Source of the DNA: Neophaeotheca triangularis
Taxonomy: Eukaryota
Direction of reading: 5' to 3'
DNA length: 64,000 bases
NCBI GenBank assembly: GCA_054600435.1
Contig: BAAIJX010000003.1
Coordinates: 1-64,000 of the forward strand
Shown here piece by piece: positions 22,575-34,633 of this stretch. A model generated the notes under the pieces. The model saw only the letters and a list, made by a program, of their open reading frames with translations, was not told where the DNA came from and made no database searches. Position 1 is the first letter of the stretch. Every line of letters begins with the position of its first letter. A program made the translations under genes and the position numbers.

Positions 22575-22797
22575 TATAAGACCGAGACTATAACTTAGTT
22601 AGGATTACGGCATAGCGAGGGCGGAACATAATAATGGTAATAATAGTAATAGTCCTTTTATATAGAAACTATTTAATAGTAGATAGGAGACTTCACTATT
22701 AGCTATCTTATATACTTTCGTAGTATGTATACTTAGTACTCCCGAGCTACTCTATAGCTTAGGCCGCCGATGTCCTACTAGCGCTACGGTCGTGACA
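22575..22797 (-). repeat. 5' LTR of the Gypsy element
   Basis: T(G>A)TAAGACCG...CGTGACA followed by TSD TAGAG. Confidence 0.92.
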
Positions 22798-23329
22798 TAG
22801 AGGTAGTTATCTAGTAGGCTAACCTTCTTCTTAAGAGAGCCTTCTTTACTAATATAGTAGTGTCGCTCTATATAGTGTATACTAGTAGTTAAGGCTTTAT
22901 CTGTTTTAAAGAGGTGTTTTTTACTAGTATAGTTTTAGTAATACCTCTTATATAGCTAGAATTCCTTCTATCTTTATTTACTCTAATTAGTAGCTATAGC
23001 TATATGTATAGATCTAGCTCTCTACCTTTTAGTTATGTTGTAGTATATAGAAGCCTTAAAGTCGCGACTAAATAAGGCCTTTATATCCTATAAGGTCATG
23101 TCTAACTAGCTATTTTCATTTTTAAGCTTATATATATAATTAGTAATGTCTATCTCTCTTAACTAAGGAACTATAGTAGAGATATAGTCGTTAAGACTAT
23201 ATACTTTATTAGTATCTTTAGTAGTATTACATCCTACCTATTAGATGTCGTTAGCTTCTACTTAGAAAAAGTCATTCTTCTTTAATACTTACCTCTTATG
23301 ATTCTCTAGTATATCCTAGTAGGCTACCT

Positions 23330-23800
23330 TATAACACTACTATTACTTTCTAACCTTAAAAGAATTACTAGTAAGATAATTTTCTATCTAGATCTTATTA
23401 CTTATATATAGCCTTTTTATATAGACATTACCCTTTTGTTTCTATCGATTAACCTAATAGTGTTTTTACTTATAGTGTCTCTACATTAGATATAGTATAT
23501 AGTATATATATAAATAGAGATCTCCTTAACTACTAGTCTTAGTATATCTTAGCCTATTAAAGTAGACTAGGAGGCTAAATACTAGAGACATATTAGGCTA
23601 TAGGTAAATAATATCCTTATAGTCTTTAGCTAGCTTAACAACATTTTTGACCTTAGAGATAATGTCTTGATGTTACTATAGGGTAAGGCATTTATTATAG
23701 ACTTATAAATACATCTTTATCTATAAAGGAATTACTACATATTGATAAGCTAAGCATATAATGGCTTAATAGTAGACATCGATCTTAAAAGGAAAGTAGG
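23330..23800 (-). pseudogene. RIP-degraded DUF3505-domain gene (N-terminus of telomere-linked helicase-type proteins)
   Basis: Minus frame reads AIICLAYQYVVIP..IKMYL...HQDIISKV...LLVYFNRLRY...LM*RHYK*KHY*VNR*KQKG, which de-RIPs to the DUF3505 pattern IC..CQYAV.P...HL...LPVY.GL.C...MQRHC...H.WVN. Confidence 0.6.
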
Positions 23801-24354
23801 AGTTGTCTATTTTAAAAGTAATAGTGTCTTCTACTATTTATCATCTATAAATAGACCTACTTATTATACGAGCTATTATAACTAACTAATATGTCAAGAA
23901 CCTTTATGTAATCTACTAAGTACTAATATTATCACGCTATATAATAGCTTATGTGGTTTAGAGAGGGGCTTAAGATAGAAGTCAATAAGGGTTAACTATA
24001 GAGGAATTACTTATATATAGTAGCTAATTACATTATTTAGCGTTAATATTATAGTCGACTTGTTATACTATTATTATGTATATGTAACCAAAATTAAGTG
24101 TGTAATGAAATACTAACTAATACAATTAGTAATCGAGATCTAAGTATTTTTTAATAATATTAAGGTAAACACTTTAACTCTAGTATTATAAACACTTCGA
24201 CTTACTTTATCTAACTCTTAGGGTTGTTCCTAATATAAAAGTAAACACTTTAACTCGAAATTTTTGTCTTCTAATAGTAGGGACCTAATATAGGCCCTAA
24301 CGTGGGCCCTAACGTAGTGTCTCTATATATCTTTATCTTAAATTTAAGGGTACT

Positions 24355-24800
24355 AAGAACCCTACTATAGCTAGAGTTTAATAAATTAGTTAGAAGCTAG
24401 GAAGTTTTTTAGCCTTAGTTATAAGTTTTTATAGATGTATAGAATCTATATAGCTTATAGATAGAGGGGAAACCTTAGACTAGTACTCTAAAATCCTAGG
24501 GCCTCTTATAAAGATCTCTACTATAGCTAGACTTTAATGAATTATTTTAGAAGCTATAGAGATTCTTAGCCCTAGCTATAGATTTTCCTAGAGTCTATAT
24601 AGTCTATAGATATAGGAAAAACCTATTACTAGCCCACTAAAATTCTAAGGCCTCTTAGAGAACCTAGAGTACTAAGATCTCTACTATAGCTAAACTTTAA
24701 CAAATTGCTTTTAAAGCTAGGAAGTTTTTTAGCCTTAGCTATAAGTTTTCCTAGATACCTTAGGATGTTTAGATATAGAGAGATCTTATTAGAAGGTCGT
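24355..24800. repeat. Three diverged tandem copies of a ~160-bp unit
   Basis: Units start near 24362, 24518 and 24683 with ctactatagcta(g/a)a..ttta...aagcta...ttagcc.tag.tata. Confidence 0.7.
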
Positions 24801-25411
24801 AGAAATTCTATTTACTATACTAAATTTAGTAAAAAATCCCTACTAGTAAAAGTATACTTATACTAGCTATACTATATAGTAGAGTATTAAAGTAGAAATA
24901 GTTAAAGAAATTAGGTTATATCTTTTAAAGAAAATTGCCCTCCCTATAAGAATTTCGCCTCTAAATCCCTACTAAGGAACTTATAAATTAGGGCAATTTG
25001 TCTATATTATTATTATTAGCTAGTACTATGTTATAGATAACATATGATTAGGATAGGAAGAAGATATCATGAGATGAAGACTAAAAGCGCTAATAGTAGG
25101 ACTCTAAGACTAAGTATATAAAGCTGACTAAGAACTAAGTACGCTAAGAACTAAGTAGTCTAGTAAAACTTAGTTAAACTAATTACTACTAATTAGTCTT
25201 AAGTACTAAGTAGCTTCCTACTTACTAATACTTAAAAGGACTAAGTATTACTAATAAGGATAATTAATATGAATCTTTTTTTTATATCTAGCTAGTAATG
25301 TTTCCTAGATAGAGATTTATGTTTAACTTATATTATAGTCTTACTAAAAGGTCTATAGCGATACTTCACATATCTTTAAAATCCTTATAATAAAGGAAAA
25401 ACCCTTACTAG

Positions 25412-25768
25412 TGTCGTGGTGACTCCCATATTACATTTATAGGCGTACTTATTCTTATAGTATTTGCTTTATCATTACCCCCTTCATATACCTATACCTC
25501 CCCTAACACTAGTACTTATATCTTAGACACCTACCTACCTAGAGAGATATATAGAATGAATTACGACTGACTAAAGTAGCCTCTATCTACTATAACTAAC
25601 CTGACTAATTTCTAATCCTAGCGTATTGTTCATAACCATTACGAATAATCCCTAATTCCTAACTATACCTAATTCCTAATCCTACTACATTATTTATAAC
25701 CGTTACGAATAATACCTCCCTAAGTAAAACTAGTCTCCCGGCTTCTCGAGTACTTACGCTACTCGACA
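25412..25768 (+). mobile_element. Solo LTR of a second LTR family (357 bp)
   Basis: TGTCG...CGACA inverted termini flanked by a 4-bp direct repeat CTAG (25408-25411 and 25769-25772); second copy at 2664-3017. Confidence 0.8.
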
Positions 25769-27654
25769 CTAGCCTTCTTTAATATCTCTCCTCTTCTACT
25801 ATAAGACCCTAACCTATAAGACTACCTTATAGTATTATAACACTTACTAAGGGTAGCCCTAAAATCCCTATATAGCTATACCTACTTAAAGAACATCATA
25901 AATATTTGAAAATCCATTACTTAACTATACCTTACTTAAATGTTCTAAAATTGTAGGTTTACGCTCGAAATAAATCATTGTTTAAACTATACAATTTTTA
26001 GAGTATTTTACCTAGATCTTATGAATAAATTTGCCTCTAAATAGTAAATAAGATTACTATCCCTATTAAGATTTTACGCTAAAATCCTCACCTTATTTAA
26101 ACGAAAATGCCCTAGTTTAGTGTAGTATTATCGTTAGATTATTAGGAGATTAATATTAGATTATTACTAGGAGAAATGGTTATAAGTAGGAACTAGTATA
26201 GGAAAAAGTTCTTATAGGATTTTTATTAGATTTTTATTAGACTACTATTAATCTATAGTTTAGGGATATAATTCATTCTATACCTAGTAGGCTCTATTAA
26301 GAAGAGAGGAGAGATAGCTAAGTAATATATATTGTGTTATTAGATTAATGTTAGGAGTATAAGGGATAATATCATGATATATTAACATACTTAGAAGTAC
26401 TAAGAGATACCTAAAGATTTCTATAACTTCTATAGATAGTTTAGAAATTAGATATAGATAAGAATAGGAATAGGTGTTTCTATTAGGTAAGAAATAATTA
26501 CTATTAGATTTTTATTAGATATACAGTATATAAGGGGAGCGTAGATAGCGTTAGGGCCTAGGTAATATGATCTACAATTGTTTACTATTAGATTTCTATT
26601 AGGTATACTATATATTGTTTACTATTACATTTCTATTCGATATATAGTATATAAGAGGAAGAGTAGACAGTATATAAGCCTAGGTAATATTTCCTACGTT
26701 TATTCACTATTAGATTTCTACTAGATAAACGGTATAATAAGGAAGATATAGAAGGGTAAAGGGCATAGGAGCCTAGGTAACATAACCTAAAAGTCACGTT
26801 ATAATGACTTTTGAACTTAGAACGAGATCTAATCATTCAAGGTACATAGCTAAAGCGTCTTGTAAGAATACTAGTATTAAAGCCTAAGGCAAGCTCGGGT
26901 AATGAGTTGTAGTGTAGAGCTTACTACTTGTCTAGTTAAGTAAGGGACAAGCTCTACAAGCATCATGAAGACACCGGAGCGGATGTGGAGGCGGCCGCTT
27001 TTGTCATCGCCGAATAAGTACCGACATTAGGTCTTTCAGCTAGGAAGGCGAAATCCTAATCTAGAGAGCCTCGTCTGGGGAATGCTGTAACTAAATGGTA
27101 ATGCTTAGCGTAAGAATGGCAGACTGCGCGCAAATCGGTGAGTCCTTCAGGCCATTGTGTTCCCGGCACGCGAGGATGTGAGTGAAGACCGTGAGTGAAG
27201 ATGTGGTCATGATCGAGGTGTTGCTGTCGTCGCCAAGTGGTAAGACCGAAGCGTTTGCCGAGAAAAATCAAGCAATCGGGCCGACGCTAGAAAACGCCCC
27301 TCCCTCGAGTATACGCTAGCGGAGTATCGAACATCCTTCTCTATCCTTCATGCCCCCGACTGGGCGACGAATGATCCACCTCCTCCAGCAACCCCGTTGC
27401 CGTCGCTGGCCGACTCCATGGTTTGGAGATCACACGCTGGACGATGCTCGGGCTACACGGACGTGCGCATACTGCCATGCTTGTCCCGTGGGGACGCCAG
27501 ATTCGCCCATGGTCGCGTAGAGGTTGTAAAGTTTTATAAAGCTGGAGGTGATCTCCGTAGAGAGCCAGGTAAGTCTCCGTCTTTCCAGCATCTCCTCACT
27601 TCCCTCTTTCTTTTCTCATCAACTCTACTCGTCCCTACGCCACCGGGCTTCACC

Positions 27655-29586
27655 ATGACGGAAAAGGATTCCAAGTCGTCCTCCTTCACGGACAGCGACC
27701 ACCAACACCACGAAGCAACCTACGATGAGCGACGCAACATGTCCTCAGCCTCAGTCAAGGACGCCATCCGCTCCGGTAGCGTACCCAAAGGCTTGAGCGA
27801 GAAAGAAGCACTCGACATCGCGCACGCCGGAGGTTGGGAAGCCGACGCGTTAGTCGAGCAGTACGAGAAGCGCATTGCGGATGAAGGCGTCAAGAAAGGC
27901 ATCTTCGATCTCGAGTTCGCCAATCCGAAGACCTTTACCATGCTACTGGTCATCTTCGCTTCCATGGGTGGCTTGCTTTCTGGTCTCGATCAGTCGCTCA
28001 TCTCGGGTGCTAACTTGTTCCTTCCGGGCGATTTGGGTCTGACTGATAGGCAGAACAGCTTGGTCAACAGCGGTATGCCGCTTGGTGCTGTCGGCGGTGC
28101 TCTGCTGCTGTCGCCTAGTAACGAGTACTTCGGCAGGCGCTGGAGTATCATCATTGCCTGCATTCTGAACGTTATCGGTGCCATTCTCGAGGCTGCGTCA
28201 ATGAATTATGGTGAGACTTCTTTCCAACACACAACTGAGACGCCGCAAGCTGACAGTCATCACAGGCATGATCATCGCCGCCCGTGTAGTCCTCGGCTTC
28301 GGGATCGGTCTCGAAGGAGGTACCGTCCCCGTCTACGTCGCAGAAACCGTCGAGCGCCGCCTTCGAGGCAACATGGTCTCTCTCTACCAGTTCAACATCG
28401 CGCTCGGCGAAGTGCTCGGATATGCTGTCGCCGCCATGTTTGTCACTGTGCCCGGAAACTGGCGCTACATTCTCGGCAGCAGTGGTGTTTTCGCCATAAT
28501 TATGGGCGTGGGCATGCTCTTCATGCCCGAGAGCCCGCGCTTCTACATGCACGTTGGGAAACCATACGAGGCGTTCAAGGTGTGGAAGCGGATTCGTGGA
28601 ACCGAGACCTTGGAGTCCCGAGAGGAGTTCTTCTTGGCCAAGGTGTCCACTGAGGAAGAAGAAGCTGTGGTCAAGGCTGGTCGCACGAGCAAGTACCCGT
28701 GGATGGACTTCTTCACCAAGCCGAGAGCTCGAAGAGCCATCATCTACGCCAACATCATGATCTTCCTCGGCCAATTCACCGGCATCAACGCCATCATGTT
28801 AGCGTTTACCCTTTCATACTTCCCCTAACGTTATGCTGACATTAGCCAGGTACTACATGTCCACCCTGATGAAAAGCCAAGGCTTCAATGATCTCGATGC
28901 CAACTACATGTCTCTCGTCGGCGGCGGCGCGCTACTTATCGGAACCATTCCCGCCATCTTCCTGATGGAAACCTGCGGTCGTCGCTTCTGGGCCAACGCA
29001 ACGCTTCCTTGCTTCTTCATCGGCCTCGTCCTCGTTGGCGTTAGCTACCACTTAGGTACTGGCACGCCCGCGGCTCTTGGCGTCTACTTCACGGTTCTTA
29101 TCATATATGAAGTCTTCTTCGGTTCCTACGCCTGCTTGACCTGGGTGAGCATTCACGAACTCCAACGCTACCCTTTCTTTACTGACACCGCTTCTTCAGG
29201 TCATCCCAGCAGAAGTCTACCCAACTTACCTCCGCTCCTACGGCATGACGACCTCTGACGGTTGGCTCTTCCTCTCCTCCTTCATCGTCACCTACAATTT
29301 CACGGGAATGCAAAAGGCTTTCACGCCCACGGGTCTCACCCTCGGCTTCTACGGCGGCATCGCAGTACTCGGGTGGTTCTACCAGCTGGTCTTCATGTAC
29401 GAGACCAAGGACAAGACGCTGGAAGAGATTGACGAGCTGTTCCACCAGCCTACGAGCAAGATCGCGAAGCAGAATTTGGAGGGCGTGAAGGAGACGACGG
29501 CGGACTTGTTAGCGTTTAGGTGGAAGAAGGTGTTTATCACGGGTCATAGCGCGAGGAGGGCTAGTATTACTGATACTGTGAATTAG
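27655..29586 (+). CDS. MFS sugar porter (polyol/inositol-type); introns 28211-28265, 28798-28849, 29145-29199
   Basis: GGLLSGLDQSLISGA, FGRRW, PESPR, LGQFTGINAIM and ETKDKTLEEID sugar-porter motifs; the introns join the ORFs in frame. Confidence 0.92.
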
Positions 29587-30758
29587 AAGGGGGTGTTAGT
29601 AGTTCTGACAGGTCGCTAATTGCGGAAGTAGCCGGGAAGCTTGTGTACTTGGCACATGTAAATGCGTAACTACTGTCGGCAGAGTCGTGAACGAGACGCA
29701 TGACCGTTACTGCTTCTACGATTGTTTTCCAGCGCGAGTCCTCGCTCAAAGCAACTCGCCGTCCGGTAATGTTACAGCTGCGTGGTGGCATTGTGCATCC
29801 CATTCCGCCCCGCGTTGCTTGGGAGTCGTCAGTTCTCAGGTCCCAGTCGGCAATGGCCTTGAAGCAACGGTGATCTGTACATCTGGACATTGGCAAGGGA
29901 AGTTCGTGCTTACGGCCACCCACCTTTGCTCTCCCGCTTTGCACGCTCCAAGACTCGGTATGATCTGCATCTCTTCTCGGCTCGCTAGCAGGTAAGCTCG
30001 GCCGCGCACTCTCCCTTGGATCGACGCGATGATTGCCGTGGGAGCTCTCCCAATCTATAGTATCGTGTCGGAGAGACTGCGAGGGAGACCAAGTGAGCCC
30101 CCCACTTCAAAGCACCGCCAAGTGGCCGAGATCTACTCTGGCATTCCCATCTTTTGCTGAGCGAGGCTCTCGACAGGCTCCTCCGGCATTGCATGAAGGT
30201 TGACTTGGCTCCCTGGGTAGCAGTGTATAATATTGCCTCCGGGCTCTTCGCCTCGCCCTGTAGTCATCTATTTGACCGATACAAGAGTCCGGCTGCCCTT
30301 CAGCAAGCCCTTCGACTGCGGGTGGAACTCCTTCCTATTATCGAAAAGCCGTGTGGACCGACGTTCGAATATTAATACGAAAATTCGATACGAAAAGTCG
30401 ATACGCAAAGCTCACTTGGGCAAGTCGGGCGAGCTCAACTACAGTCAGTAGGTAGTCGCTAATAAAATTCGAGAACTCCAGCTCAAACACCACTCCCGGT
30501 CTGCTTTCAGCCACAGCGCATGCTTCAGCATTCTTGTAAATCATCTGTCGTACCGTACTTGGAGCATGACGTGTCACCAGACATTAGCGGAGCCCTTTTT
30601 CGTACGAGGGCGAGGTCCAAACGCATCTCTGGCTTGCGTGAGGCCGTACAGCCCAGTGCGTTGTCGCTCACGTACATATATATATGTATACAACGTTCCC
30701 AACATGTCGACGGAATCATTCTATTCTCCATTCGTAGAGCATACCCCTCGCATTTGTC

Positions 30759-32661
30759 ATGCATTTCCTACAAACGCTCCTACTGGGCTGCCTAAGCCCA
30801 CTCGCATCCGCAGCCTTCACCTCATCCAACACCACCACCGCTGGACGCCAATGCAAAGCTAACCCCCTCGACTCAACTTGGCCGCGGCACTCTCACTGGC
30901 TCGCGCTGAACGAAAGCATAGCCGGCTCGCTAATTGCCACATCTCCAGTAGCCTCATCGTGCTGGAACACATCAGCCTTCGACTCGCCTTACTCTTGCCA
31001 AACAGTGCAGTCCAACTGGTCCTCCAGCATCTTTCACGCAGCGCAGCCGGAATCCATAGGCGCTTGGATCTTTGCGAACAACTCTTGCGTCCCGCCAGTT
31101 GCCTCGGGATACACGGAGAGTCAGGGATGTAGGCTCGGTGGTTTGCCCTCGTATGTCGTCAACGCAACGGACGAGTGTCAGGTCGCGACGGCGATGAGGT
31201 GGGCCGCTGAAATGGATGTGAGGGTTGTTGTGAAAGGGACCGGGCACGACCTGAACGGCCGGTGAGTCATTCGTTGAGGATGCCATTTGGGTTTGGTGGT
31301 TGTGTCGGACTAATCGGTTTGACAGATCGAGTGGTGCCTTCGCGCTCTCCATCTGGACCCGCTACTTCCGGCGGTTGGAACGTGATACGGCCTGGAAAGT
31401 CCCGGGTGCAATGAACCTTACCGAAGATGTGATCATAGCAGGAAGCGGACACGGCTGGGGCGACGTCCTTGGGTTTGCTCTGAGCCAAGGGCGAGTCGTC
31501 ACGACGGGACAATCACCAAGTGTGGGACTGGGTGGATACATTCAAGGTGGCGGACATGGTCCATTGTCCAGTACGTACGGACTCGCAGCGCAGCAAGTCC
31601 TCCAGGCTAGAGTTGTGACGACAGAGGGCAAAGTTCTCGTCGCCAACGCAGTCAACAACACCGACCTCTTTTGGGCCATCCGTGGCGGCGGCGGCGGTCA
31701 GTACGGCGTAGTGACCGAGTATGTGATCCGACACTACCCAGAACCCGCGACTGTGAACTTTGGCAGCATCACGCTGTCTCCGGTGAATGAAGGCGGGGCC
31801 AACGCTTCTTGGGACGCGGCTGCAGAACTCTTGCACGCGTTGTCTGACCTCATGGACGCCGGAGTCGCAGGGGCACTGTCAGTGGCGACTAAGTCATCGG
31901 CACAGAGTTTTAATCCCGCGGCGCCAAACACCTCGGGGGCTGTTATCGTGCATGCTCTCTGGAGCTATAACATGTCAATGGAGACGCTGGACAGCTTGAT
32001 TGCCCCCGTCGTGGGTAAAATGCAAAACCATGGCAACAACGAATCAATTTCCGTGTCCTACTCGGCGTCTCCATCCGCCAATTACAGCACCTTCTACGAC
32101 GGCATCTCAGGAACCAACGTAGCTGGAAGCGGTGGCGTCCTCTCGAGTCGTCTACTGGGTCGTCGCCATTTGGATATTCCACGCGATTCTTTGAAAGGCT
32201 ATCTTCAGCGTGCATTGGAGTCACAGAACGAGACGGCGGGCACTTACATGACAGTTGGACTCTCCGGAGGCAAGGGGGTCATGGACAAACCAGACACTGA
32301 GTTCGGAGCCCTGATTCCAGCCTGGAAGTCCGCCTACCTACATATGTTCGTCGGCGGAGGATCAGGGTCTCCCAACGCCACGATAACTCCCAGCATGGCG
32401 CTCGCCAATTCTGCCGAGTGGATTGACGGGACCAAGGAGAAGTTGTGGCATGACTGGGCTCCGGATTCGGGCTCGTATATGAACGAGGGCAATCCTTACG
32501 CGACTTCCTTCAAGGCTGATTTTTACGGTTCGCATTATGAGCGCTTGATGGAGGTGAAGCGCAAATATGATCCAAGTGAGACCCTCTTCGTGCTGTCGGG
32601 TGTTGGGAGCGATGAGTGGGCCTATGATCTCGATACAGGAAGGCTTTGTAGGGTTGACTGA
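30759..32661 (+). CDS. Secreted FAD-linked oxidoreductase (berberine-bridge-enzyme-like); intron ~31262-31325
   Basis: Signal peptide, VKGTGHDLNGRSSG FAD-binding motif, DLFWAIRGGGG, and C-terminal SYMNE...FYGSHYERLMEVKRKYDP. Confidence 0.92.
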
Positions 32662-32998
32662 AATGCTCGAAGCGAACAATTATGTCTGCACAGATGTTAG
32701 CAAAAGACTAATCAACACACATTGAGTAGAACGGAGCAGGATTGATGAATAGATAGATTACGTTATAGATTTTCTGACACGAGTCGTTTGGTATGAGTAC
32801 GTGATATCATGAATCGGCAACTGTCTAATAAGCCAAGTCTCAGGAGTGAGAGCACAGCTGAGTTGAGACGACCTTCCGCCCGCTCGCTTATTAGATGTCA
32901 TGGAATTCACCGCTCGACGGAAGTCGTCTTCGAAAACTGCTGTCGTATAGATACTTCTAGATAAGCCGCCACGGAAAAGCAGCCGGACCTCCGATACG

Positions 32999-34261
32999 TT
33001 AAGCCCAAGCCCCAATCAAACTCATACAAAAGGCGCCAAAGATCAAAATACTCATCGCGATGACGCGCTTCTTGCCCCGAAGCGTCCGCCAGCTGTGGTC
33101 GCTTAGAAAGTCTTCGTTAAGCAAATCCACTAGACTGGTGTAAGTCAGTAAGCCGCCGGAGAAAGCGTTAAAAGTACCGACGACGATCAGACCGGTCGCG
33201 CTGTCCGGGTCGTAGAGATTGCGCGTCGCGATACCGATGGCTTGCCCCAAAGGCGTCGTACACCCGTACGCGAGAGCCATTAACCAGGGCTGCAGGGCGC
33301 GAGGTTTCCAACCGACGACGGCGATGCGGGAGCCTAGGGCGAGGCCTTCGAAGGTTTGGTGGAAGGCGATGGCGATTAGGAGGATGACTTGCTCTTTGCC
33401 GACGGCGACGGCCAGCGCAAGACCGATGAAGATGCTATGGAACAGGATGCCGCATTCGAGGAGCAGGCATTGCATTAGTAGCTTCTTGCGTTCTTGCTCG
33501 GCTTCCTTTTCTTCGAACATGGTCAAACTATCGTCGCTTTCGCGGGCGGTTGGGAGGTTTCCCGCGACTGCGGCTGGGGTTTGGGCTGTTTGGGGTGCTG
33601 CGGGCTCGGGGTTGACGGCAGTTGCGGTACCGGTGTAGGCCATGTGATCGGCTGGCGTGGGTTTCATGGTGCTGTGAGAGCGACCGGAGCGGCTTCGACC
33701 GAACTGAGGCGTTGACTGGGCTGGCGGTTGCGTTAGTGGTTGATCGCAGTTGTAACCCCTTGTTTGAGACCCGCGCCGTGATAACTCACCAGGTGTTATC
33801 TCATCCTGGACGAAGCTGTTCCTCGTCGACATGGTCCGAAGATTCACCTGTGGCTGCTCCCTGTCCCCTTCACCACCGTCGTTACTCCGTGGGCCAGAGC
33901 AAAGCGACCGGCCAGGACTAAATATCATCTCCGCGATGGTGATGATGAAGACAGCCGCCAACGCTATGGCGCCGCCGAGAGCTTCATACTGAACATTGAA
34001 GAATTCTGGAAGACACGGGTCAAGTAGAGACAGAAAGGCAGTCGGTAAAAGATGGACAAACGCCGTTGCGATCAGCACACCCGTCCCAAAGTGCCTGAAA
34101 GCAAAATGTGCTTTTGCGGGAATGCGAAGCTGTGGGACGCGAATGGCGATGATCGGGAATGCGCAAGCGCCTGCAGAAACCCCGAGGATGATGAAGAGGG
34201 CACCGACGTGGAGAGGGAGATTGTAGTCTTCGGCGCGCCTGCCAGAGCCACAGGTCGACAT
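32999..34261 (-). CDS. ZIP-family zinc/iron transporter (Zrt-like)
   Basis: YNLPLHVGALF, HFGTGVLIATAFVHLLP, LLECGILFHSIFIG, FHQTFEGLALG; start chosen at MSTCGSG (an upstream in-frame ATG at 34498 is possible). Confidence 0.92.
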   Translation of the reverse strand: MSTCGSGRRAEDYNLPLHVGALFIILGVSAGACAFPIIAIRVPQLRIPAKAHFAFRHFGTGVLIATAFVHLLPTAFLSLLDPCLPEFFNVQYEALGGAIALAAVFIITIAEMIFSPGRSLCSGPRSNDGGEGDREQPQVNLRTMSTRNSFVQDEITPGELSRRGSQTRGYNCDQPLTQPPAQSTPQFGRSRSGRSHSTMKPTPADHMAYTGTATAVNPEPAAPQTAQTPAAVAGNLPTARESDDSLTMFEEKEAEQERKKLLMQCLLLECGILFHSIFIGLALAVAVGKEQVILLIAIAFHQTFEGLALGSRIAVVGWKPRALQPWLMALAYGCTTPLGQAIGIATRNLYDPDSATGLIVVGTFNAFSGGLLTYTSLVDLLNEDFLSDHSWRTLRGKKRVIAMSILIFGAFCMSLIGAWA

Positions 34262-34594
34262 GGCGGATAGAGACGAAGGAGCGGCCTGCCGCTTTGGGAA
34301 TGGATCCTGCGAAGGGTAGATGGGGAGGTCACTCGGACTGGAGATTATTTTGATCTGAAATCTGGTCTGGTATCCGGATTTCTCGTGCGATGCTAGAACT
34401 ACGTTCGTCCGACATGGGGCGAGCGCGGCCACGTACGGATTGATGCGAGGTCCAGTCTCAAAAATAATCCCGGTACGGTATTTGGAGGCGTTATGCACCC
34501 GGGACTACTGAGTCGGTAGTATGAAGTTCTCGGGGCGGGGAGAAGCGAGCGTAAAGCAGGGCGGCGGTGGCGGTGAACAATTGGGAGGAGGGAC

Positions 34595-34596
<2 letters not shown>

Positions 34597-34633
<37 letters not shown>
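34597..34633. repeat. (AGT)n microsatellite
   Basis: About 12 AGT units upstream of the ZIP gene. Confidence 0.9.

Larger units (their letters stand above)
15026..22797 (-). mobile_element. Full-length RIP-inactivated Ty3/Gypsy LTR retrotransposon (7772 bp)
   Basis: 223-bp direct LTRs, 5-bp TSD TAGAG (15021-15025 and 22798-22802). Minus strand carries RT motifs (FSKIDLVKAY ~20410-20440, YIDD ~20230) followed by RNase H (HPVVYYSKKL...ELLAIV ~19650-19730); a polypurine tract abuts 15249. Confidence 0.93.
14100..26900. repeat. RIP-degraded AT-rich block (nested transposon and subtelomere relics)
   Basis: TpA-rich, CpA-poor, fairly abrupt compositional borders, no intact ORFs. Confidence 0.9.

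Noticed and set aside
3550..26900. Starship-type giant transposon carrying the sulfur cluster
   Set aside because: No DUF3435 tyrosine recombinase captain or matching terminal repeats were recognised; a heavily RIP-degraded one cannot be fully excluded.
27655..34261. Sugar porter, FAD oxidoreductase and ZIP transporter as part of the sulfur cluster or a secondary-metabolite cluster
   Set aside because: Separated from the island by ~15 kb, the shared 11-mer was not seen there, and there is no backbone enzyme.
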